Shown here: positions 23,161-37,955 of the stretch, one piece after another | Position numbering within the stretch: position 1 is the stretch's first letter | Layout of the letters: every line of letters starts with the position of its first letter | Origin: Geosiphon pyriformis uo1 | Taxonomy: Eukaryota > Fungi > Glomeromycota | Length of the DNA: 64,000 nt | Assembly: GCA_016748015.1 (NCBI GenBank) | Contig: JAAOMT010000571.1 | Coordinates: forward strand, 155,256-219,255 | Direction: 5' to 3' | The notes under the pieces: model-generated | Told to the model about the DNA's origin: nothing | Seen by the model: only the letters and a program-made list of their open reading frames with translations | The model's database searches: none | Translations under genes and position numbers: made by a program

Positions 23161-24776
23161 TTTTATATTAGTTTTTAATATAATTTTTTGTTTAATAATT
23201 ACAATAATAATATAAAACTTAAAATAAATAAAAACATATTATTAAATATTAATAAGCTTTAATTTAATACCAAAAATTTTATTAAAAATATTTATAAAAT
23301 AACAACAAAAAAACCATAAACCTAAAAATTACCAAAAATTTAACAATTTTAAAAGTAAATAAAAAAAGTAATTCATTAAATTTAACTTATTTAATAGTAT
23401 TTAAGAAAACTTAAGATGTAAATTTTATATAAAAAACCTAATATTGTTTATAAAAACTGATTTTACATTAATAAAACCATATAAAAATTAAAAAATAATT
23501 TTAATATAAACCAATTTAATTTTAAAAAAACCAAATACCAAATTAAAAATTATTTATCTAAAATTTTTTTAATAATTAAAAATTGTTTTTTAAGTATTAT
23601 TAAAAACAATATTATTAAAAACCAAAAAAAGTAAAAATTTTTAATTTTTAATTGGTTAACTTTATTTTTTAAAATTAAGTAATTTAATAAATTAATTAAA
23701 TAAAATTACTTGTAAAAATATAATTTAAAATTAATAATAATTGATTAAAATCAATATATTAAATAATACAATTAAAGATTAATTAAAACCAAAATTAACC
23801 AATATAATTTTATTGTTATTATTTAAAATAAATTTTTTATTTTATTTACAATTATAATAAAACTGGAAACTATAATTAATATTAATACAAAATTAATAAA
23901 GAATTAAAAAAAACAGAAAAAACTAATGTTTTATTTTTTACAAAAGAAAATTATTATCAAAATGCCAAAAAATTTTTTTTAGCACTTTATTTAATATAAT
24001 AAAGAGTTAAAAAAATTGTTTTTTGCTGTTTTGGCTTTTTTGGTCATTTAAACAGCAGTAAAAAATAAAATAAAAGAAAAAATAACTTGATTACTAATTT
24101 TTTATCAAATATTTTAAGACTATTAAAAAGGACAAAAATTATATTAAAATTGTTTCAAATAAGTCTTTTTAAAAAAACTTTAAAAAAAAAAACTTTTAAT
24201 CAAAGATAAAAACAGTGTTTTAAAACTAATAAAAAACTGGTTTATAGTTATTTTATTTAAAAAAACCACTTTGTTCTAGTTATAATCATAAAAATATGAA
24301 AAAAAGAGTTTTTAAGCTTATTATTTATATTAACAATTTTATTTTTATGTAATTATTAAATTTATATACTTCATTATTATTATTAAAAATAAAAGTACAA
24401 TTAACTTTATTTAATAATAATTTTTTAAGTAATTAAAACCCATGAAACAATTATTTCTTATGTATTATAATTAAGTAAAATAATATCTTTAATTGTAACT
24501 GTTTATTTATTTATAATAAACAATTTGTGATGGTTTGTGATAAAAATCCCATTTGTTCAAATGAGAAAATGGCGCACGCGAATTTATTTTGCTAACTTTG
24601 CCTTTTTTACCTTTTTGAAACAATCATTTTTGTTAATTATTACTTATTGGCAAATCATAGTCAATAAATCACGTGAATATTCGAAGGAGTTTCAGGTGAC
24701 ATCATTAAAGTTGCACCATTGATTGTGAAGTTAGCTCGGAACTTTTGAGCTTTGAAAATTACTTTGATTCTTGGGC

Positions 24777-27700
24777 ATGGAGACATTTTGGTTAAAAGAA
24801 ACTTTGGTGCAAATCGACCACTTTGTGCCGCCCGAAGTTCCTTTTGTACACATAATACCTCCTCATAATACCGCCCCTTTGCCTAGCGAGCGAAAACCTG
24901 AAGCTGACCGAAAAAATACTACACAATCCGCCTTATACCAACTAAAACAAGTTGACGCGTATTTCATACTCTGGCGCGTTTTCGATAATGATAGATATTT
25001 AGAATTACGGCTTTGCTCCCTTCCGAGTACCGAAAGTAACCAGCTTTTGCTTGATCAAACGATAAAGGGAACAGTACAATTCTTTTTCCCAGCAAAAATT
25101 GTTCCAACTGTCTTTTTTTTTGAGAACGAAGGAATTCACGCTTTACAATGCGTCGTTCTACTAGAAAATAAAGAATTACATAGGCTTTCACTGCCTTTAA
25201 GACACTTATTCCAAACTAAAATGGTACAATTCGCGCACGAATCTCACTTAATTACCTCATTGCACCGAAAAGAACCCTTGTTGTTGCACTCGATGGACTA
25301 TGATAGTTCTGTGGTTGGCTGTGACGATGGATCACTTTTATACATTTATTACGACAGGGATACAGGTATGAGATCGCCTAAACCCACTATTACTATTCAA
25401 GTTGATCAAGCCTTTGCTTTTCTGGTCTCTCATCCTTTTAGCTTTCATCGTTTATATCATCAAGAGTCCTCAACGGATCTTTAACCTTGAACGACATAAT
25501 TCCATTGTACTATAGTCGTTCCTCGATTTCGAGAAGATCAACTGATGAACAAGATATTTGACCAACTATTTGAAAATTTCCAAATGGTCAAAGATATGCC
25601 TAAGAACTTATTGACCAAAATGCTCACATGGCCTGGAGCACCGAATCTGACAGAAGAAACAAGAGCTTCGAATCTTGATTCATATGGGATTGAAATATCA
25701 CGACCTGTGTCATGCGCATCTTACATAGACCACCAGTCCAATAAATTTCTTGTATGGATTTGCCAGAATCGGCAAGTTAAAGCATGGTCCCTCCACAAAA
25801 ATCGTGATCACTTATCAGATCTGTCGTTTTTGAATGAAGTCGAGGAACAAAATGAAAATGCTATATTCCCTTCCAATCCACGAAGTTTGATTAGAACAAT
25901 AGGACCTGTTGATGATGAAAATTTGCTCGCATTCAACTTTTTAGTATTTATGTCCATTCGAAAGAAGCATTACTTTGTTGTTTACCAAGTGACTTATCAT
26001 AGTGCAGGCCATCTTAAGAATTTGCAAATTGTTAAACAACACATTGTTGATCAAGGAGAAATACTACCTCAGGAGCCATCTTTGTTCGTTGATATTATTG
26101 ATCTTGTATTATTAAGGGGAAATGATCAGAGAGAGGGCTACCCGGATGGTAGACGAGAGCAGAATTTCCAATTGTGGGCTGTATTTGAGCGCCCGACTAA
26201 TCTTAGAAAACCGGCAATTTTATTCACCGATTTTTCCTTAAGCCTTATTCCGAGTTTTTCCAAAGAAGATGTAGTCGATTGTAAATTTTCAGACCAGTTG
26301 AATATCGTCTCCTGTCCCAGCCAACCTGTTAATCCTTCAGATATTGTATATGACTTTCCAAATATCACCGAAAAGGATATTGATGGCGCTTATTTAGCCT
26401 TCATCTTTTATCCTGGTCAATTTTCAAAGTCCACTATTATCCGAAGTCTTCATGCTTACAAAAGAAAATTCAACCAAAAATCTAGAGATGAGAACGGTCA
26501 GCAGCCATTCAAACTCTCTTTGACGTCCGATGTCGACCTCAAAGAATGGGCCTCTGAGTTGATCAAAAATGATTTGACTATACAATCGGGTGATACCGAA
26601 GAATATCATGAAAGTATCTTTAGAAATTGGGAGACATTAAAGCAACTTTGTGAACGATATGAGAATAATGCAAGGGAGCCACTGAGCTTATGTACTTTAC
26701 CTTCCTTAAACACTGTGAGTGTAATAAATCGTGAATCTATTTCAATAGTTCGCGGTTGTGAAGTGAGCGAAGTTCTGGAAGACAATTCAAAATATTTCAA
26801 GCTCGATCAAAGTTTTGAAATTTATTCGACAGAGGCTACGAAGGAAAAGTATCCGATTTTAGCTGAGGATGAACTTCGCAATGATATATTTAACCTTATC
26901 AAAGCCTCCCAACTTTTGGTCAATCAATTAAATGCTTCAGAGCTGGCTTTGATTGAAAATACAATTAGTGAAACCTTATCCCATGCTTCAAGTTCATCAG
27001 CTATTACTTTGAATGTGGCTATTTTTTATGAAAACTTCATGAGGAGGCATCTTTCTCCGGAAATTTTCGACCAAATTCGAACACTTGTACAATCATGCAA
27101 TCACTGGCCAAGAGGAATAAGAAAGGTATTAAAGGCGGCATACTCGTCTTCTTGGAAAAAAGACATTAAAAGTGAGATTGAGAGTGAGGACAAAATTCAT
27201 ATATCTTTAGAACCAAGTATATTGGCCGATGCTATCATTGCATCCACCACTTCAGAAATAATTCGAGCCCGATACGTCATAGCACGTGATTTATTCTTGC
27301 TTCTTATCATACTTGTTCATTTTGAAAAATCCGACTTTTCTAAAACCTCTCTATCAATGTGCATGGCAACACTATACCCCTTAAATATTCTTCGATGGAT
27401 ATCTGCTCAATCCGTTCCCTTTGGAAAGTATGTTATTCCCATGGCAATGGACTCCGACAATGATGACATAATTGGAGCTCTCTCTAAGCTTAGTCTTGAC
27501 ACTATTAGGCTGGCAACAGGCTCCATGTCCTTTTTACGTTATAGTCTTTTACACAGCCTTTTGCACTATCGACATCGAATTCCTGTGGATCCGAAGTTGA
27601 ACTCTCCGGATTTTCCCGTAATTGCTTCGAACCAATTTTTGAGACAAATTGGATTTTTGAACGATTCCAGCCCGGGCACAACAACCCCAGTTTCAGTCAT

Positions 27701-30133
27701 GACAAAATCTCCATTCTTAGAATTCGGAATTTATCTTGAAAGTTCAGGTCAGCTTTCATTACTCTATCAATATCTTCAGCTTTTAGTCGGCAATCCTGGG
27801 GTCTCCTTTCTTATGGGACGGCTTTATCTCAAATGCGGAGTTTATGAAAAAGCGCAGGACTGGTTTGCAAAGGCCGCTGTTGGCTTTGGTAATTTTTTTA
27901 AATTTCATTTTTCCTGCTCACGAAATTTTAATAAAGTAGTGACCAATTTCCAAATTTTAGTCGGAAACGTAACTTTGCCACCTTACACTGTTCGACCTTT
28001 GGTGCATCCGCAGCCTTGTAACTTAGTAGGCTATTGGCAATATCTCGCTCAGGAGTTTAAACTATACAATCGCCCTATGAATGTTGTACAATGTTGCCAT
28101 CTCGCCCTAAGAGCATTTAATGAGGAAGAGGTAAGTATCGATTTACTTTTTAGAGGGAAGGGTGGCGTTTTGGCTTACACGAACCTCAATCTTTTCTTTG
28201 TTTCCTTTTTTGGCAGCGAAAGTCCCCTGAAGGAAAAGAATTGATGATAGATTTGTGGTTTATCATGTTCAAGAATGCATTGGCGGCTGATTTATATGAT
28301 GAGGCTTTCCTGGCAATGATGGAAAACCCAGATAAAAAACGGTTACTAAAACTCATATTGTTTATTGCCAAATGAGTAATTGCTCAATATTGTGCTTATA
28401 TATTTTTCTTTATAGACAGAAATCCTGTCTCCGTGAATTCATTGAAGTGATGTGCAGAAATGATGAAGCTCAAAAACTCTGTCAGTTTTCTTATCACAAT
28501 TTGGAAGAAGAGTTTGAGCGTATTCTTGATGCGAAAGCAGACGATTCCCTTGTGATGGAGTCACCCAATTATTCCGCCATAGCTTACTCTTATTATATAT
28601 TCAGCGGGAATTACGTCCAAGGTTTGACACGTCCAATTTTTTATGACACTTTTGTGCAACATTGAAACCTCAGAACAATATTGTTTGTTAAATAAATTAG
28701 CTGCCAGAAATATGTATTATTTTGCTCAAAAGATTGAAGAAATTGAGGTTTCATCCGATGTATTCACCCAATGGGTATCGCAGCAAGCTCAAAGTTATTT
28801 GGCTGCCATCAATGCATTGGAACTGGTCGAAGAAAAGCACGCTTGGTTCGATTTTCCGCGCAAAGGGCAATCCAATGATAACAGAGTAAGTGAAACTTTT
28901 TATAATATCACCTGAATTTTAAGGTAACATTTTTCTTCGGAATATTTTGTTCACAGAGAAGGAAAAGGCCAAGGTATAATCCTCCCTCTGAAACAGGTAG
29001 AGAATTTGTGTTCTTTGAGCGCCAATCTTCTTCCGTCCATTTTTCACATGTTTTGCCTTTTACATAGATCAGTTACAACAAAGCAAGAAAGATATAGATA
29101 TAATTGAACTTGGGGACATTAAAAAGGAGTATGCAATTGCTTTAGTTAAGCTAAAGCTTGGATCTCATCTCGGCTATACAGGTAATCAAAATATTTAACG
29201 TTTGAATTTAATAATCTACAATAACTCATTGTTTCCCTTTTATCAGAATCAAAATTGGAGCTCGAGGATGCTATTGGACTATGTGCTCAAACCGGCCACT
29301 TTGAGGAGGCCTTTTCACTTGCTTATGATTATGGATTGGATATGAGCTCCATTTTTGAAAGTTTGACCATCAAATGTGTTCGATTATCTACAGACATTTT
29401 CAGCTCTCACAATTTGTAAGCCGTTTTTAGAATAAATTCGTTTTGCCGATGTAACAAATCTATTTATCTTAATGATGAATTTCGTAAAATTATATGATTG
29501 GCCTCCTCAAATACCAGAACATTCAAATTTCTTCATTTGGGTGAACGGGCAACTGCTTTGCAAGGCTCTGATTCTGAAAGGGCTTGGAAATTGTTACAGC
29601 TATATCTAGACGAGTATGAGACTCAAGAAAAGGACTCCGAATATCGAGCGATTGTTCTAAAAACAATTCTCGAAACAAATGATAATTACGTCATTCCTCG
29701 TTGGCTAATATCTTCTTTTGAGGTATTGTAACATATTTTTCTCTAATAAAGATAATCATTAATTGAATTAATTTTTAAATAGGAAAAGAACCAAGATATT
29801 TTTTTGAAGATTCTACTGGCAAACGGTTGCATTTCAGAAGCAGCTCAATTTGCTTTAAATCTTCTTCAGAGAGTAAGTTCGGATGTCTTTTGTAGTTGGG
29901 AACCTTTCTTTCTAATCGCTTTGAACTTCGTTTAGGAACTCGAAAAGAAGACTTCACAACCATTTTCAAGATGGTTACCGTGGACTTTGATGCAACGGTT
30001 GTTAAGTGACTTGGAAGACACGGTTAATTTCCCATCAAAGGAACAGGAATTCCTAGAAGGACTTTTGATAACATTAAAATCCCAGATAGACTCTTATATA
30101 ATGGAAGTGCAAGATTCTTTCGCTTTAGGGTAA
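24777..30133 (+). CDS. NUP160: Nucleoporin Nup160/Nup120 family (multi-exon)
   Basis: Large protein with N-terminal beta-rich region and helical C-terminus; motifs FL.GR.YL..G.YEKA..WF.KA, QAQSYLAAINALELV....AW and WLPWTLM..LL; GT-AG introns; ends FALG*. Confidence 0.8.
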
Positions 30134-30390
30134 AGAGATATCCTGGCTGATTCTGGGAATTTAACGATATCCTGAAATGATCACTGGTAATTGAACATTT
30201 TTAGTTCAAACATATAGATGATAGAACCTTCCGAACATCATTTGAACAATGTTATGAAATGAACTGCTGTTTATTAGTGTTAAATCTCAAATTTTTGAGG
30301 GAAAAATTAAATTAAACCGAAATAATTATTCATATCGACACAGCCTATATCGTTATGGATTATTATAAGGTATGCCACCTTACCTAATTA

Positions 30391-31666
30391 TCAACTCTCT
30401 TTACTGGGAGTTTTTCGATTCACGCCTCGACCATAAGTCTTACGATAAAATTCGATAAAGAGCAATAAATAACTACTCAACATTACGCACCCAAAGATGG
30501 CTGCATTTTCATCACCGGCGCAGGGTCCAAAATTTGGCATGAAAGGCCAATAGTCAGTGGCAAAATGGGTGTATGAGCATGAATAGACAACTATTAAATC
30601 AAGTACGAATTGTGTGATTTGCATCGTCGTGAGGTATTTTTTCCACCAAATCTTTGCACCCCCAGCTGCTCGGAAATAATAGTAATACATGACAACATGA
30701 ATTAACAAATTCAGACAAACCGGTACCCACGACTGAAAAAGATTCATAAATGTTTAAAAAACTCAGAATTAAATTGATAAGAGAAAATTGTCGTTCGAAT
30801 TGAACTGAGTATCACCTACCACTGAAGTACGCCCAACCAACTGTACATAGCATAAAACCATTGTCATACTATGATGATAGACGTGTAAGAATTCTGGTGA
30901 TGAAACAAAGGCGAGAGTTTTCCAAGTATGAAAATTGATCAACACGAGGTTAGCTACTCATCATATTACACACTCTTTTGTTTGTTGTTTTTGTGAGGGA
31001 TGGTAAAAAACGTCGGAATTCCGAAGAAAGGCAGGTAAGCGACGATTTCATCCAATTTGCCAAAACCCCCGTATTTTTGCAATTTAACAACACAACAGTA
31101 TGCGAAACATGTATACTTAGGGTATTCATTTAATTCAAGATATCTTAATCCCACAGTGAAATGGTAAGAACCAAACCAAAAATCTACCTACCAAGTGGTT
31201 TCTTCCGTAAGACAAGGAACGCAGTATCAGCCAGTTCCCAATACTTTACGAGGTAATTCAGATAAAAAAGCAATTCTAAACGTTGCGTCCAGGCCTCATG
31301 ATCACACAGCGAGTAATAAAAACCGTGACGATAAACACTCGGAAATAGTTGTTCGAAGAAGAGGAGCAATAAAGCTAAGGAGACTCCCGTCAACAGGAGA
31401 TTATGGAATTGAAATAAAAATTTGAGTTTAAGGGGGGGGAAATTGGCCATTATGAGTTTCCCACTAAATATCATTGCCAAGTAGGTGGTGCACCCAAGCA
31501 AAACACTATTCCACGTCGATACCGGAGTGACGCCTTTCTCGAACACAAAATCATTGGGATTTTTTCCAAGAACAAATTCACATCCCTGTACGAAATAGTC
31601 ATTGAGGTAAATGCCGAAAGGACGTTCCGCCGATAAGGAAAAGGTAATATTCATTGCAGAGGCCAT
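30391..31666 (-). CDS. GNS1/SUR4 (ELO) fatty-acid elongase, 3 exons
   Basis: KYWELADTAFLVLRKKPL / EFLHVYHH (HxxHH) / HVVMYYYY, TTMQITQF. Confidence 0.95.
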
Positions 31667-32468
31667 GTGGTGGAGGAAATGGGAAGATAGGGAGGGGGGA
31701 GAGTGAATGCTACCTACTTTACGATTTTCCAGAGTTTATGATGGAATTTTTCAGGATCTTGACAATCCACCAATGAAGTTTGAACTTTCACGATGTGTTT
31801 AGAGATGGTCATGTGGTGATTAAAAGAAAAATTCTCACTGATCAATTTGATAACACAAATACATTTTAAACTAATTAAGATCTAATTGATCTTGATAACG
31901 TTTCATTATCTATTTTATTATAATCAAAAATACTTTTTATAATTAATAATCACATTTTTTAAAAATATTTTAATTATATTATTTTTTTTCAAATCATTAA
32001 TTATACAAATTAGAATTTCAATTAATTAATTATATTATTTCATAAATAATTAAAATAATATAATTTTTTATTAACTTTTTTGATTCATTTATAATTCGTT
32101 AAATTTGTTTAATTTTACTCATTTGTATATTTAAAAAAACATGAAATCAAAATATGGTTGGATGATTTATCAATAAATTTTATTGAAGAGCAAATTTCTT
32201 GTACCTACTGAAATACTTTCTCTGAAGTACAATAGATCACTTTGAGCGCTCATAGAAAATATTAATTCCGAATTTTCCACATTTTTTTCTGACATTATAA
32301 ATCGATGATAAAGCTCTTTTGCACTCTCCGAAACAAACAAACCTTTTCTAACAGCGCGTTTATTCATTCTTCTGCATTCAAAAAAATTGGTTATACTATC
32401 GATTTGATTAAAATACAATCTCAAATGTAATATTAAAGCAAGCTTACTCATTTTGATCCGATTCCTCT

Positions 32469-35400
32469 TCAATCTTCTTCTTCGGCTTCTTGTAACCAAG
32501 TTATAAAAGGTGTTATCTTTTTTTAAATTGAACAAATAAATTTTCTTATCAAAAATGTTAAACGCTCAAATATTTGGTAAATTCACTATGTTTCATGTGA
32601 TACCTTATCTCGTAACTTTTTGTTAAGTTCAACGTTTCCATGTCGCCCAGCCTCTTTGGAACGATCAGATTTGTACCATCGGATAATGGCATCTTCTTCG
32701 ATAACATCTAAATCATATAAAAACTTAAGAGAAGGAGCAAGTAGCTTCACGTGTGATTCATCCTTTGCACAATATTCCTTAGTTAAAAAGATAAGATTTA
32801 AAAAAAGCCATTTTCTATTAGTAAACTTGAAATATTTTGGGAAGGCATATCGGAAGTCTCACTTGTAGAATGTATAAGGCATCAAGTTGGTCCGATGGGG
32901 ATAGGATCAGTTTCCCAATAAGTGGTGCCCATCGGTTAAGTACCTGAACGGAAAAAAAAAATCTATCGAGTTCAATAGACTAAATATTTCAAAGTTTTTA
33001 ATAAAGGAATATGTATTACCTCCTTTGTTCGAATGTTCATTTCTTTTGGATCAGAAACATTCTTTTTAATGTCAATTTGACTTAAAACACTAGGTATTAC
33101 TACAGTCCTAACATCGTGGAATGTCATATTCGAAGCCATTCTTAATGTGTTGAGTTCTAATGCTGCAATATCTACTGTATGTCCCTCATTGAATGCACGT
33201 TCTAGTGTTAATACTACTTCTTTGGAAAATGCTTCTTGATATGAAGGTTCGTCCAAATCAAAACTTTCATCGTCAGATTCCTTGCTGATAATTGATGCCG
33301 ATGATTCACTATCAGAGATTTTAACATTGGAAATATCATATGCTTCGGGCAGAAAATGGAGGAACCATAATTTTATTAATAATGTTTTATAATGTAAAAT
33401 ATAGAATTATAGGTTCCTACCTAAAGAGGATATTTTAACATTTCTCGGATCTTGATCGTCGTGATCACTATTCTCATCATTCCATAAACACCCTTTTCCC
33501 TGAGAACCAATGATCGAAGAGTCGTATTCTACAACTTGGGGTTCTTTTTGATAAATATTCATCAACCTAAATTAGTTTTGTTTATTTTTAAAATGAATTC
33601 ATTCGCGATATTGAATCAAAGTCTTCCCTTGCTCATCATCAATATCTTCATCTTGAAGTTGAGATGTTTGAACATGAGTGCTTAGCTTGGTATATGGCTG
33701 TAACGTAATATTGGGACCAACAACTACCTGATTAAAGAGAGACAAAAAGGAGAAATGGATTTATAAAAAATTCATGAGCGGTTCGAGAAAAGAAAATTTT
33801 GATATTATAGAAAATACTTCGAAAAATCTTACATCAAAAGACAACAAACATCCTTTGTTGATGGTAACATTTTCTTCCAGCACAACACCATTAGCTAATA
33901 TTGACTGTGAAACGGAACAATTTGATTTAATAATTACATCATCCCATATGTATGCTCCTGTGATGGTTACATTTGACCCTTGAAATTTTAATAAAATCTT
34001 AAGAATTAATTCGACTATTCCCATATGTAATGTATTGAGGCCAAACAAGACTATTATTCTAATGAATACCAATTTCATACCTATTCGCACTCTTCTTCCT
34101 ATTACAGAATTAGTTATTTTTGTATTTTCCGCAATTTCTGTCTCAGTACCAATCAAGACTTTTTCACCCAAGACGCAAGATCTTTGTCCAAAGTAAAAAA
34201 GCTCAAAATCTTAAAATCTTTGTTAAAGAAATAAATAAGATAAATTTGAGTTTTTCTTATTACCTTGATAAGACCACATTTTTTTCCTTGTATATCTGAC
34301 CACGCATATACTCGTAGCTATCTTTTTCTTGGAGATTACTATCAGGTACAATAGGATATGTCCATCGCGAAAGTATGTCTTTACTAGAAGAAAATATAGC
34401 TCTCGTATGAAATTTGAATAATATAACAAAATTCACCAATCAAAATATTTTATTACCTAATCGCATCATAAGTTTGCAGACTTTTCACTCTAGCAGCATA
34501 GGCATCTTTAATAGTATGACAATAAATCGTTTTGCCCAAAAGATCTGATGTTAAAATCCCGTAAACAAAATCTTTCCGAATATCTTGATAATCAAAATTT
34601 TCTGTGAATAGTGCAGGAACCTAAGCCAAAAGGAAAAAATTGAAATTGAAATAAGCGGTGATCAAATTAAATTTAATGAAGTAGTTACCTCCACAGAACA
34701 AATATCAATTTGACAATCGATCAGATCATTAAAAATTTGAACATCGGTATGGCTTTTGAATATTTCTAAATCCATTACCATTCGTCGTTTTCGAGGAAAT
34801 GCTTCCACTGCTTCATAATGTACACATTCATTTGTTTCAGAATCCAATACAAAAATTGAAGATTCGCCGATTGATCTATTGAACGGAATATGTTTTTTTG
34901 AATGTATAAAAGAGGAAGGTGAAATTGATTGATGTATTTAACTTTGTAAATAATAACCTTGTACGGTGAAATGGACTTGCTTGCTTTACAACCTAAACGA
35001 TGAACATTTTCCAAATTAAAGAAGGTTGAATCGATATTTTAACTTTCACCACTCTCTTACCATTGTCATAATTGCATTTTTATCATAGAGTTTTCTTGAT
35101 CTTTTTTTTTTTTTTTTTTGAAAGAACAAGTTAATTACATAATGACGTTACATTTTACGAAATGCAGACAAAAAGCAGCTTTAAACCCTATTTCTTTTAA
35201 TTATCATGGAAGAATTCACATCGTCATCATAATCATCACCTATGAGCTTCCAGAATTTGTTCCAAATGAATATTTGATACCATATCACCACTGACGAGGA
35301 TAAAATCAGAATCAATTAATTGTTTTGTATCTAATTCCCGCAATGCATCGCCAACGGATCGTGCTTCAGGAGTGACAATTGGTATTATTTTTATTGGCGA

Positions 35401-35918
35401 ATAAGCCAAAGCCCATTTTGAAGAACTAAAAGCGATGATATCGTAGACACATATACAAGTAAAGAAAAATCACATTATATATTGGTTAAGTCTTGGGGCA
35501 AATAGGTAGAAATCAATAAAGTGATCAGATCCACCCACTTTAGATAGGCTTTTATTTGATCTGCATGTTCTCTACAGAATAATATAACTTCTTGAACACC
35601 AGCTACCGCCAAAAACTCCAAGGTATACTCAATAAGTGGAGTATTACACAAAGGTAATAAACACTAGAGAAAAGGAACCTGTGAATTAAAGCTAGGCCAA
35701 AGTTTCTGCAAAGAAAATAAATTCTGCTCCAATCTAACTTAATCCCTGCCCCAGAAATCATACAAACTTGCGAATTTAAAAAAAAACTATGCTATTACTC
35801 TAGGCTTTTCAAGTGTTATAGGTCTGAATCTTTCGTTGAAACTATCCGCAAGAACTACGGCTTGTAGAGGTGTCTCAGACTCAAGATTCCTTCCGGAGCT
35901 TTTTGTGGTGGGACCCAT
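32469..35918 (-). CDS. GCD6: Translation initiation factor eIF2B epsilon subunit (multi-exon)
   Basis: [28 protein letters not shown], hexapeptide repeats, [13 protein letters not shown]2 domain ending [12 protein letters not shown]. Confidence 0.95.
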
Positions 35919-36251
35919 TTGAGAAATAAATTGATGAGATTTCTTGAATTTTCGTATTATATTGAGAATAAAATATCATTAATCAATAACAATATTTCAG
36001 TTATTAATTTTAATTATATTATAATCAAAATAATGTATATATATATATATATACATTATTTCAAGATTTTTTATTTGATATTAATACAATAAGGAAATAA
36101 ATATTAATATTTAATTTTAAAAATTAAAACAATTATTTATTTTTTTGAATTGAACTTTTAATACATTTAATTAATAATTGATTTAAAATTTTTTGTAATA
36201 TTATAATTTATTTATAAAAATTAATTTAATTTAAAATTTTATTTTTGCAGA

Positions 36252-37801
36252 TTATTTTATCTTCTTATTCTTTTTATCCTCCATTTCTTGAATGAAATAC
36301 TACCAAAAAGAAATCATAAATTTAAGAGAACCCAAAAACTCAAAATAATTGAATTAAATTTTAAAAATACGAACCTCACAAGTTCTCCGAATCCCTTCTT
36401 CCAATTCAACAGGTGGCTCGTATCCAAGTAATTTTTTGGCTTTCTTGATATTAAAATATCGTTGTGAACATGCATATTTCACACGATACCTTGTGAAACC
36501 TGCTTCTCGACCTGTGAAATAACAAACCCATTCTGCAAGATAAGCGAGAGCTAGACCAGTTACACGAGATAATTTTAGATAATAGGGGGGGTAATGATCG
36601 AATCTACTCCAAATGGATCTTGGCATGTCCCAGAATGGAATAGGAGTTCCATTCGTTATAATGAAAGCCTGTACGTACAAAAGGAGGATTGGATAAATTT
36701 ATAAAAAATAATTTGATCCATACTTTTGAAGTTAAGAAAACCATTTATTTTAATTCATTACTAATAAATTCCCAGATAAATCAATTCTAGACCACTCCTA
36801 CCCAAATAATTATTATCACATACCTCCCCATCAACCATAGACGCCTTCTCAGCCAATTTATCAGCAGCCAATAAATGAGCATAGGCCACATTCTCAACAT
36901 ACGTGAAATCAAACAAATTAAAATTATCACCAATTTGAAATTTCGTTTGACCATTTTCCATTACTTTTATCATCCCGGGTATTAATTGTTTGTCTCCTGG
37001 GCTGTTTATTTGTAATTTTGTTGTTTATGGTTAGGTGTTTTTGGGGAAGGTTAAGAAAGAATATATTAATATTGTCATTGGATCTTTTAATTAGAGAAAG
37101 AGAATGAAATCCTTTTCAATATGTATTAGATTTCAAAAATTAGTTTGAGAATACCCAAAAATTCCAGATGGTCTTATCGTGCATGTTAACAATCCTTTCT
37201 GTCGGTTAGCTTTTAGTATGATCGTTTCAGCTATTGCCTAAATGAAATCATTAATCCCCGTTCATGAAATTTTAAACTTTTCTTAAAATTTGTATCAGAT
37301 CAAATCAAATCAAATCAACTACCCCAAAGAAAATCGATTTCTTCTCACCTTGGCTTCATGATAACTGTCATGAAATTTCCTTGGGAATTCAACGCTTTCA
37401 TCCACATTCACCAAATCAGTTTTCCCATCATATACAACTCCAGCACTACTAGTAAACACCAACTTTCCAACTCCATGCTCTTGACACGCTTGAACTACAT
37501 TTTTCGTTCCCTCGACGTTAACCTTCCAATATATAGCCGCGTCAAGGCCGTGTGGTGGTGAAGCAGTGTGAATTACTGTTGTTGCCTGAGAAGTTTGAAT
37601 GGCTTTGGAGATTTCGGTATAATTTGATAAGTCACCTTTGTAATAAGTTACTGAAGAGTCATAGTAATTTCGGTACAAGTCGAAGACTGAGATTGTGATT
37701 TCTGCGCTTGATGTTGAAGAAAGACGACGAAGTAAAAGGTTTACGATCCAACGACCTAGAAAACCGTTACCGCCTATTATTAAATAATTTTCAACTACCA
37801 T
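36252..37801 (-). CDS. ERG26: Sterol-4-alpha-carboxylate 3-dehydrogenase (3-beta-HSD family), multi-exon
   Basis: GGNGFLG Rossmann motif, HTASP, VNVEGT, FTSSAGVV, YxxxK, FDFTYVENVAYAHLLA. Confidence 0.9.
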
Positions 37802-37864
37802 GTTATAAAAATAAGGCTTTTTGTTAAAAATTTTCCATCTACATTAGATTTTAAAAATGACTTT

Positions 37865-37891
37865 AATAATAATAATAACAATAACAATAAC

Positions 37892-37953
<62 letters not shown>
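37865..37953. repeat. (AAT)n microsatellite upstream of ERG26
   Basis: About 29 AAT/AAC units. Confidence 0.95.

Positions 37954-37955
<2 letters not shown>

Noticed and set aside
32170-32535. 121-aa ORF
   Set aside because: It overlaps the last eIF2B-epsilon exon out of frame and runs into the 3' UTR
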